NCBI GenBank assembly: GCA_013416795.1
Contig: RQSC01000026.1
Coordinates: forward strand, 157,701-221,700
Source of the DNA: Prasinococcaceae sp. CCMP 1430
Taxonomy: Eukaryota; Plantae; Prasinodermophyta
Length of the DNA: 64,000 nucleotides
Reading direction: 5' to 3'
Shown: positions 53,430 through 63,022 of the stretch, in pieces
Layout: each line of letters starts with the position of its first letter
Position numbering within the stretch: position 1 is the first letter of the stretch
Made by a program: the position numbers and the translations under genes
Notes under the pieces: model-generated
Told to the model about the DNA's origin: nothing
Seen by the model: only the letters and a program-made list of their open reading frames with translations
Databases searched by the model: none

Positions 53430-53720
53430 CATGTTTCCTAGCAATCTTGGACTCACAGTTTGCGCGTCTCAAGGAGCATGCACACAAGGCCTGGTCTTGT
53501 AGCACGTGGTGGCCCCACGCGCGCAAAGGTTTCGCGGTGATCGCGGACAACACCCAGTAGACGCACTCGCGCAACCGGATTCGAGCTGGCGGGCGGAGCT
53601 CAACTGGTGCCATCCACCGGTCGGACTGCTGCCGAAGCTAAGCACACCGCTATCAAGGATGCGATCCAAAGCAACATACAAACGGCGGTGGCTCTCCAAC
53701 GGTCGATGGCTCATCCTGCC
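53430..53720 (+). mobile_element. Degenerate remnant of a DIRS/tyrosine-recombinase retrotransposon methyltransferase-like domain
   Basis: VDALAQPDSSWRAELNWCHPPVGLLPKL..KAT..W resembles the DIRS MT (VDAL..W..E.NW.NPP..LL) motif; frameshifted upstream; lower GC. Confidence 0.6.
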
Positions 53721-53968
53721 TCCGCGAGCTCGGTGCCCATGGGGAGTACCGCAGTGCCGAGCGCCGCCCGCCGCGCGGCGCGGCGCGGAGTAGCGTGACG
53801 CGGCGCGGGGCGCTCAAGCGCTGCTGCGGAGGCCGCCGCAGGCGCGAAAACAGCTCGCGTGGCAGTCACCGCTGTCGCTAGAGCGTGCGCCGACGTGCAC
53901 GCCCTTTGTCTGTCTCCCCGTGTGGACTTTGTCCAACCTGCGTGCAGGCGCACGCGCGGCGTGGCGCA

Positions 53969-55807
53969 ATGGCGCTGGCGACGGTGGCGATGACCAGTGC
54001 CGCCGGCGCGGGGAGCTCTCAGAGCAGCGGACCATGCAAACACACACACCGAGCGCAAGCACGAGCGCGAGCACGAGCACGAGCACGAGCACGAGCGCGG
54101 ACACGACTGTGCGCCGCGTGCGCGAGCGCCGGCACCGTCGATGGCCAAGGGCGATTCGACGGGGCGGGTCGCGCGGTGGAGGGCGGGGCGGATGCACCGC
54201 GGTGGCCTCTGGGCCCGCACGCGTACGCCTTGCGCATGGTGGCGACCGTCGTCTTGCCGATGTACATGACCTCGCTGGTCGAGCCCGCGGTGGGGCTCGC
54301 GGAGACGGCCATTCTGGGCCACCTTCCTGACACTGGCTCGGCGCCGGCGCTGGCGGCGATGGCGCTCACGTCGCCGCTTTTCAACCTCGCGCACGAGTGG
54401 GCGTGGGATCTGTCGATCGCCGTGGCTTCCGCGAGCGCCGGCGCCAAGAGCGCGCGGCAGGCGCGCGCGCTCGTGGGGCGCACGATCCTCATCGCAGCCG
54501 TCGCCGGCACCGCGCTCGCCGGCGTGTTGTTGGTGGGCGCCGGCGCCGTGTACGCGGCATGCGCGCCGGGCAGCATCGGCCGCATGGCGGCGGCGTACGC
54601 GGCCGTGCGGGCGTTGACCATGCCCACGCTGCTGTGCTCGAACGTCATCGAGGGCTTCTGGTACGGCCAGAAGGACTCCGTGACTCCCGCGGTGGTGTAC
54701 GTCCTCTCGTCGGCGGCGACCATTTGCGCGCTCTACCTGGCGGCGCCGCGCTTCGGCATCCTGGGCGCGGCCGTCAGCCTGGTGGTGGGGAGCTTTGCGA
54801 CTGCGGCGATGCACTACGTCGCGCTGCGCGTTCGTGCGCCGGTGGGCGCGAGCGGAGCGGGCGCCGCGCGGCGCTCGGATGCCGCCAGCGGCGGCGGCGA
54901 TGGCAGCGGGTCCGACAGCGACAGCGGCTCGGGGGACGACGGAGACCTCGACACGCTCGCGCTCGTCCGGAAGGTGAGCGCGTCGCTGCGCAGCGGCTAC
55001 GCGCTGGCTACGATCTCGATGTGCAAAATCGGCGTCTACGGCCTCATCTCGCTCAGCGTGGCGAACGCGGGCGTGGTGCACGCCACGGCGGCGTACAAGG
55101 TCTTTGCGGAGATATACTGGACGCTCAGCTTTACGTGCGAGCCGTCGTTCATGGCGGCGTCGACGCTGCTGCCGAGCGCGCGCTCCGAGCAGCTGCGCAC
55201 GCGGCAGAAGCTGGTGAAGCCCACCGCGCGCGCGCTGTACGCCTTCGCCACACTCGTCGGGTTGATCCTCGCCGGCGTGGGCGCGTCAATGGCCACGATG
55301 CCGGTGCTCACATCCAACCCACAGGTGCTTGCGCACCTCGCGCCGGCGGCGGGCTTGGTTTCGCTGACGCTCTTTTTGTCGAGCTTCACCTACACGACGG
55401 AGGTACGTGCCCATCGCTCGCGCGAGGGCTGCGGCGCGCGCGCTGGCTTTCTCGCGGCGCTGCCTGAGCGGAGTTGCGGGCGGAGCTGCGCTTCAGCCTG
55501 CGATGCGGCCCGCTGACGAGCGCTGCTCATCCTCTCCCACACCTGCGACGGCGGCCGTGGCCGCGCTCGCGCTCGGCGTCGCCAGGGCCTGCTCATAGGG
55601 CTTGGGCACATCCCGTATCTGCTCAAGGCCCAGGTGTGCAACGTCTTCGTGATGTCGGCGTACTGCGCAGCGGTCTGCGCGTTCGCGCCGGGCGGCATGA
55701 CGCTCCTCGCGGCTGGGGCGGGCTGCGCCGCCTTCCAGTTCCTGCGGCTGGCGCAGCACGCCGTATTCTTGCGCCTCTCGGCGCGCCCACGCGCCCTGCT
55801 GCGGTGA
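53969..55807 (+). CDS. MATE/DTX efflux transporter with transit-peptide-like N-terminus; intron 55403-55585
   Basis: LP..TSLVEP..LAETAILGHL, Y..VRAL..P, GF..GQKDSVTP, FGILGAA, EGLLIGLG...YL. Confidence 0.85.
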
Positions 55808-56068
55808 GCGGGCTCGGGGCGCCAACGCACGTCGCAGTCGCGCTGCAAACGCGCCGTCGGGCGACCGCGCGCGGTGCGCGCGAGCGCGTGGGATGGCCCG
55901 TGTATCCTCTATCGAAAATTACTGCCCTCTCGCGCTCGCGCAAGGGGTCCCCGGTGCTGCGTCGGCGGCGCGTCGGCGGCGCGCGCGCTGCCGTGTGTGT
56001 GGGTACCTGCGTGCCTTCCGAGTGCGTGCCGCTGCACGCGCTCCCAAGCTGCCTGGCGCGCGAGGCGC

Positions 56069-57195
56069 TCACTTGCTGCACGCGTCAGTGGCCTTGAGGT
56101 CCTCGAACGCCACCAGGAGGCGGTCGATGGTCGCGGTCTCGGCCTTGCGCAGCCACGAGCGCGGGTCGTAGTACTTCTTGTTGGGCTTGTCGTCGCCCTC
56201 CGGGTTGCCGATCTGGCTCTGGAGGTAGGGGCCGTTCTCCTCGACGAACTCCTTCACGCCCGCCCACATGCTCCACTGGGTGTCGGTGTCGATGTTCATC
56301 TTGATCACGCCGTAGTCGATCGCCTCCTGGATCTCCTCGCGGCTCGAGCCCGAGCCGCCGTGGAAGACGAAGTAGACCGGCTTGTCCTCGTCGAGGTCGC
56401 GCTTCTCCTTGATGAACTTCTGCGCGTTGCCCAGGATCGAGGGGGTGAGCTCGACGTTGCCCGGCTTGTACACGCCGTGCACGTTGCCGAACGCGGCGGC
56501 GACGGTGAAGCCGTCCGAGATGGGCGAGAGGCACTCGTACACGTAGTCGATCTCCTCGGGCTTCGAGTAGAGCTCGTCCTTGTCGACGTCGGTGTTGTCG
56601 ACGCCGTCCTCCTCGCCGCCGGTGATGCCGATCTCGATCTCGAGCACGCAGTCGATCTTGGCCATGCGCTCGAGGTACTTCTTGCAGATCTCCATGTTCT
56701 CCTCGATGGGCTCCTCCGACAGGTCGAGCATGTGCGACGAGAAGAGCGGCTCGCCGTGCTCGGCGTAGTACTTCTCGTTGGCCTCGAGCAGGCCGTCGAA
56801 CCACGGCAGCAGCTTCTTGGCGCAGTGGTCGGTGTGGAGGAAGACGGGCACGCCGTACTGCGCGGCGACCGCGCGGGTGTGGAGCGCGCCGGCGATGGTG
56901 CCCGCGATGGCGGCCTTCTCGTCGGTGTTGTCCAGGCCCTTGCCGGCCATGTTCAGGCCGCCGCCGTTGGAGAACTGCACCATGATGGGCGCGTTGGCCT
57001 TCATGGCGGCCTCCAGGCACGCGGTGATCACCGGGGTGCTGGTGCAGTTGACGGCGGGGATGGCGTAGCCGTTGTCGCGGGCGTGCTTGAGCACGGCCAT
57101 CGAGTCCTTGCCCGACACCACGCCCGGCTTGACGATGTCCGCCAGCTTCTGCGTCGTGGCGGCCTCGGCGCGCGCGGCCGCGCGGCGCGCGGCGC
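56069..57195 (-). CDS. FBA: Fructose-bisphosphate aldolase class II type A; 5' end in gap
   Basis: AIPAVN, QFSNGG, HTDHCAKKLLPW, SSHMLDLSEE, EIGITGGEEDG, FGNVHGVYKPG, FHGGSG, KMNIDTD, PNKKYYDPR. Confidence 0.96.
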
Positions 57196-57471
57196 NNNNN
57201 NNNNNNNNNNNNNNNNNNNNNNNNNNNNNNNNNNNNNNNNNNNNNNNNNNNNNNNNNNNNNNNNNNNNNNNNNNNNNNNNNNNNNNNNNNNNNNNNNNNN
57301 NNNNNNNNNNNNNNNNNNNNNNNNNNNNNNNNNNNNNNNNNNNNNNNNNNNNNNNNNNNNNNNNNNNNNNNNNNNNNNNNNNNNNNNNNNNNNNNNNNNN
57401 NNNNNNNNNNNNNNNNNNNNNNNNNNNNNNNNNNNNNNNNNNNNNNNNNNNNNNNNNNNNNNNNNNNNNNN
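57196..57471. other. Assembly gap
   Basis: N run. Confidence 1.
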
Positions 57472-57604
57472 GGCCCGGGGCCAGGGCCAGGGGCAGGGGC
57501 AGCAGCGGGGCGGGCGCAAGGCGCGCGGCGCCCCGGCGCTGCCGCCAGCGCGGACGAGGGCAGCGACCACGAAGCACAGCAAGAAGCGCCGCCGCGCTGC
57601 AGGC

Positions 57605-58353
57605 ATGGGGAAGGACTACTACGCGCTGCTGGGCGTCTCGCGCGATGCGTCCGACTCGGAGCTCAAGAAGGCCTACCGCAAGCTCGCGATGAAGTGGCAC
57701 CCAGACAAGGTGCGCCTCCCTGCTGCGCTCGGCTGCACCTGTCTCGCATTGCGGCGCCCGCTGCGAATGGATGCGCGCCAGCGTGTCGGAGTTGCGCAAG
57801 CTCTGGCAGCGCCAGTCGATCCGCTCGTGCGCGCGCGCGACGGTAGCGACGCCCTCGCTGGCATGGCGTGGCGCAGCTGGCCGCTGCTGCTGACCCGTGT
57901 CAATGGGCGCAACGACGCCCTGCTTTCGCATTCCCCGTGTAGAACCCAGACAATCGTGAAGCCGCCGAGAAGAAGTTCAAGGAGATCTCCATGGCCTACG
58001 ACGTGCTGAGCGACCCCGAGAAAAAACAAGTGTACGACGCCTACGGTGAGGAGGGGCTCAAGCAGGGCATGGGCGGTGGTGGCGGCCCTGGCGGCGGCGG
58101 GTTCAGCTCGCGTCAGGCCGACGACATCTTCCGCGAGATGTTTGGCGGCGGCGCTGGCGGCATGGGTGCTGACGACATCTTCAGTCAGTTCTTCGGCGGC
58201 GGCATGGGTGGGGGCATGGGAGGCGGGGGGCCTTTCGGTGGCATGGGCGGCGGCATGCCGGGCATGGGCGGCATGGGCGGCATGCCGCGCCAGCGCGCGA
58301 TCCGCCGCGGCCGCGGCGGCGGGGAGACGGACGGCGCCGCGGCGAGGGCGTAG
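57605..58353 (+). CDS. Class B DnaJ/Hsp40 (J domain plus G/F and G/M regions); intron 57710-57942; C-terminal domain missing
   Basis: [24 protein letters not shown]|NP..KFKEI..AYDVLSD..YD.YGEEGLK. Confidence 0.88.
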
Positions 58354-59109
58354 GTAGGTACGGTAGGTGGGTAGGCACCCTCCCTCCCTTGCGCACGAGC
58401 ACGTACACGCTGCCTCCGCGTGCACCCACCCACACGAGCACACACGCCTGCGCGCGGATGCACACTCACACACACACACGGCGCATATCGCATGAAACGA
58501 TTGAAGAATGTGGATGAGTTTCGGGGCGCGAAGCCGTTCCCCGAGCGCGCGCGCGCGCGCCGCCCCGCGCGCGACGAGCGAGGGGGCGCGCGAGGCCATC
58601 CGACCACGCATGTGCAGTACAGCAGTAGTATGCACCGCCCCAGCAGGGTGCGCGGGCGTGCACGTGGGAGGGCTGAGGCGACGCTTCGAGGACTTCTGCG
58701 AGCCCGTTTCGGCCGGCGGCAGGATGCTGCTCGTGTGGCGCGGGGGTGCTTGCCCCGGGGTTTGGGGGGCCGGCGCCGCCTGCACTCGTGCGGACGCGTG
58801 ATGTGTGCATACGTGTGCACACGTGTGTGTGCACGTGTGTGCACGTGTGTGCATACGTGTACGCGCATACTTGCTGGAAAGTGCACGGTGGATGCCCTCC
58901 TAACTGTTGGCGACGGCTGCGACGAGCGCGCGGGGAACCCGGCGCGGGCGCGCACACGCGCGCGCCCGGGAGCGCGGGGGATGGGGGTGGGGGGGGAGGG
59001 AAGGGGGCGCAACCGGGGGATGGGAGAGGAAGCCCGATCGGTGCCACTCGCACGCACGCACGCACGCACTCGACCACCGACGCACCCCGCTCCAGCCAGC
59101 CTAGCAGAC

Positions 59110-59813
59110 ATGGCGCGCTCGACCTCCGCCGCTGCGGCGGTTGCCGTTCTTGCTGCCGCGGCCGCCGCGCCTGGCGCCGATGCCGTGTGCAACATGTGCC
59201 ACGTGCAGTACTACCACAAGGTGAGCGCAGGCGATCGCGTCTGCACGAGTGCGCGCGATCTGGCGCGGAAGTCGCGCGCTGACGAGCGCCCTCCGCCCGC
59301 GCCCACCTCAATCCCCCACCCCACCCCGCACACCGACCACCGGCCCCTGTCCGCCCGCTCTCTCGGCCACGCACCCGTGCACTCATGGACACCTTCGCTC
59401 GTCCGTGCGCGCGCCCGCTCGTGCTCGCGCGCGCCGTGCCCTCTTGCTTGATCGTACGCGCGCGTTTGTCCCGCTTCTGCATGCAGGCTCTCGCGACGCC
59501 CGAGCCCGCGCTCTCCACCGCCGGGTACTGCCAGCAGTACGCTGGCAAGTCTTGCTGCACGGCCGCCACGGCGAACAAGTACGTGCTCGCGCACTGACGC
59601 GCGCGCAGAACCCTCGCGCGCGCGTGCGCGCTGCCACGTCGCCAGCGCCCACTCGTTCCCCACCCACGCATGCCATGCGCCGCGCATGCGCGCGTCCTTG
59701 TCCTGGCGTGCCCAGCAGCGCCCCAAACCCTCAACGGTCCATCAGGGCTGTCACGCACGTCCCGGGTGTACATCCACGCGCGCACACGCACGTACGCACC
59801 GACGTACTCCTCC

Positions 59814-59852
<39 letters not shown>

Positions 59853-61418
59853 ACGGCACGGGCGCAACGGACTAAACGCACGCGCGTGTGCGGGGAAGCG
59901 GAGCGCGCGGCAGGCGTCGCCGAGCGCGTCGCCGAGCGCGTCGCCGAGCACCACCGCCAGCACCACCGCCGGCACCGCCACGGCCGGCACCAGCGCCGGC
60001 GCCAGCGCCGCCGAGTTAAGGTTCAGACGCAAACTGTGGGCCAAACTTCGCGCCCATTTGGGGTTACATCTCGGCTTGCACGTAGGGTTCACACCTTTGC
60101 GAAGCGGCGCCGAGTTTAGGTTAGAGTGCAAACTGAAGGTCAAACTCCGGACGGCTTTGGGGTAGGTATCGGCTCCTTATTAGGGTTCCTGAATAGTTTC
60201 CTGGGGGCGGCGGCTGGCGGCGGCTGCTCGCGCTGACTTGGTCACGTGCAATCGAGTAGGGGTGCCTGAGCTCCGCTCAGTGCTGAGATTATACCCTCAA
60301 CTACCGGACCAGGATAATGCCTGCGTCGGAAACTCGCAACTCACACACACGCACACACACGCACACAAACGCGGTGCAGCGTCCACAACGACGTGCTGTA
60401 CAGCTCGGACTACCGCTGGGACAAGGTGCGCATGGGGATGAGGGAGGATGTGCCACGCGGCGCGAACGCTCGGTCGGCAGATCCCGGCGCGCTCGTAGCA
60501 GACGTGCACGCGCCGTTGCTGACATCCCGCCGCCGCGGAACCCGCCAAACCGGCTGTGGCCTTGTCGCGCGCGCGCGCGCGCCCGCCCGTCCTCGCGCGC
60601 GCCCTCGCGCACGTGTCGCGCGCGCGCGGCACTCGCGAGCACAGTGCGGCAAGATGAGCGACGCCTGCCAGCAGTACTTCATCGATGAGGCGTGCCTGTA
60701 CGAGTGCGACGAGCACGCCGGCCGCTACCGCAAGCATGAGAACTGCTCGGACCCGGACGGCAACCACTGGCAGATCGAGAACATGCCCATCAAGGCCTCC
60801 TTCTGGGACGGCTGGTACGAGGCGTGCAAGGACGACCTCTTCTGTGGCCGCGGCTACTTCGACATGCCCACGTGCACGCAGGACCAGTGCAGCAAGTTCT
60901 CCGACATCTACGAGGACGGCGAGGACCTCGCGATCGCCATGTGGGGCGGCGCCTTCACCTACGAGACCGACGAGACCAACGCCTACACCATGAGCTTCAA
61001 GGTGGGCGAGGAGAACCCCAACGACTCCGTCGACCACCCGGCGGCCTTCCCGAACACGTGCGAGGGTTCCAGCCACGACTCCGTCTCGTTCAACGACCTG
61101 CAGGACTGCTTCGACGCGGAGATCAAGAGCATCGAGACGCTCCTCGCCTTTCACGCCGAGCACTCGGAGGAGGACCACGACTCCTCCTCCAACGCCAAGA
61201 GCATCGAGACGCTCCTCGCCTTTCACGCCGAGCACTCGGACGAGATCGAGACGCTCCTCGCCTTTCACGCCGAGCACTCGGACGAGGACCACGACGACTC
61301 CTCCTCCATCGCCATCGCCGGCGTGGCCCTCGCGGCGCTCGCGTGCGTGCTCGCCTTCATCGCCATCATCCGCGGCGGCAAGAAGGCCGGCGCTGCCAAG
61401 TCGCCCAACTTCAACTAA
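59110..61418 (+). CDS. Folate receptor / riboflavin-binding protein family membrane protein; exons 59110-59220, 59487-59578, 60380-60425 and 60645-61418
   Basis: Signal peptide; HK..PEP; C..Y..KSCCT; WDKCG.MS..C..YFI...CLYEC; WYEACKDD..C; MWG..F; NPND; C-terminal TM; all intron phases consistent. Confidence 0.85.
59816..59852. repeat. Poly-C tract in intron
   Basis: Directly visible. Confidence 0.9.
60010..60188. repeat. Diverged two-copy tandem repeat, period about 99 bp, inside an intron
   Basis: Shared blocks GCCGAGTT.AGGTT, GCAAACTG, CAAACT, TTTGGGGT, TCGGCT, TAGGGTTC at 60010 and 60109. Confidence 0.75.
61131..61282 (+). repeat. Three identical 38-bp coding repeats (IETLLAFHAEHS)
   Basis: ATCGAGACGCTCCTCGCCTTTCACGCCGAGCACTCGGA at 61131, 61203 and 61245. 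Confidence 0.95.
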
Positions 61419-61981
61419 GCGCGCGCCACGCACGCACGCGCGAGCGCGCACACGCGCACTCGAGCGCAACAACGCCGCTGAGCACCACCTCTCTCAGTCT
61501 ACTGTAAGCTTCTGAGTCAACACCGAAGAGTCTGTGCTCTCCTCTGCTCGCGCCCGTGCTCGCGGCGGGGTGTGTGTGTGAGTGTCAGTGTCAGTGTCTG
61601 CGCGTGCGTCACTGTGTGTGTGTGTGTGTGTGTCTGTCAGCGTGCGCGTCGTGTGACGCGCGCATTGCGCGCCGTCGCGGGCGTGCGGCACACGCCCGCG
61701 CCGCCGCGCGCGAGAGCGTCCGTAAGTGCGTGTATGCACGCGCGTCTGTGTTAGCGTGCGCATGCGCGTGTGCGTGTGCGTGCGCTCGCGGATGCGCGCG
61801 CGTGTGTGTGTGTGCGAGCGCGCGGGCCAGCGCGCACAGACACACCTTGCCGCCGCTTCGCGCCGCGCCCTTGGCGCCCACGCGCTGGGGCGAGTGGCAG
61901 ACGGGCTTAGCCTGGTACGCGCCGCCGACCTGCGCGCACGCGGCGAAGCGCGAGCGAGAGCGCCTGCGTCAGCGTGTGTGC

Positions 61982-62077
<96 letters not shown>

Positions 62078-62353
62078 NNNNNNNNNNNNNNNNNNNNNNN
62101 NNNNNNNNNNNNNNNNNNNNNNNNNNNNNNNNNNNNNNNNNNNNNNNNNNNNNNNNNNNNNNNNNNNNNNNNNNNNNNNNNNNNNNNNNNNNNNNNNNNN
62201 NNNNNNNNNNNNNNNNNNNNNNNNNNNNNNNNNNNNNNNNNNNNNNNNNNNNNNNNNNNNNNNNNNNNNNNNNNNNNNNNNNNNNNNNNNNNNNNNNNNN
62301 NNNNNNNNNNNNNNNNNNNNNNNNNNNNNNNNNNNNNNNNNNNNNNNNNNNNN
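62078..62353. other. Assembly gap
   Basis: N run. Confidence 1.
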
Positions 62354-62784
62354 CGCCGCCCGCGCCGGGGAGCGTCGCGGCTGCGCAGCTCAGCCAGGCG
62401 GCCGCGGCGCTGCGCGCGGCGCTCGCGCGCGGCAGGGAGGTGTTGGGCGAGGCAGACCTCGCCGTGGGTGCCGGCGAGCGGGCGTTGGCGCTCGTGATCG
62501 CCGAGGCGGGTGACACGGCGGCAGCAGAGGAGGCGGCGCGCGCCGCGGTGGCGACGCTCGAGTGCGTGCGCGGGGAGGCGGCAGCGGCCAACGCGGCGGT
62601 GCGAGCCGCGGAGGAGAAGGGCCTCCCGCCGCCCTCGCGCATCAAGGTGGTGTCCATGCGGGCCGCTACGAAGGAGCTCGGCGAGGCGCTCCGCCTGACG
62701 GCCTACCTGGCAGCGGTCGCCAGTGATCACGACGCGGAGGAGCGCGCGCTCGCGAGGGCGGACGCCATCGGCGGCGGCGCGTGA
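62354..62784 (+). CDS. 3' end of an unknown Ala-rich helical protein
   Basis: Open, coding-biased frame from the gap to TGA. Confidence 0.5.
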
Positions 62785-63022
62785 CGATGCGTTGCAAGGG
62801 ATGCGGCGGGGCCGCTGCTGCCACGCGCGTGTGCTCGCAGGCGCGCTCGCAGGCGCGCTCGCCGTGCGTGTGCGTGCATGTAAAGTAGGGATTGACAGTT
62901 CTGTTATTACCTTGGAGTTGCGCGCCTTCTGCGGCCTTCGCCACACTACCACCCACATTCGCATTCGCTACGATCCGACGCGCCGGCTTCGTCCCAGCCA
63001 CGCCGGCGCACTCGCATGCAGC

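Noticed and set aside
59187-59202. CxxCH heme-c motif (CNMCH) in the folate-receptor-like protein
   Set aside because: Secreted disulfide-rich protein in which the Cys fit the family pattern; no heme-c attachment is known in the secretory pathway
1370-60644. Introner-like repeated introns
   Set aside because: The introns share only splice signals and CG/CA low complexity; no extended mutual similarity was seen
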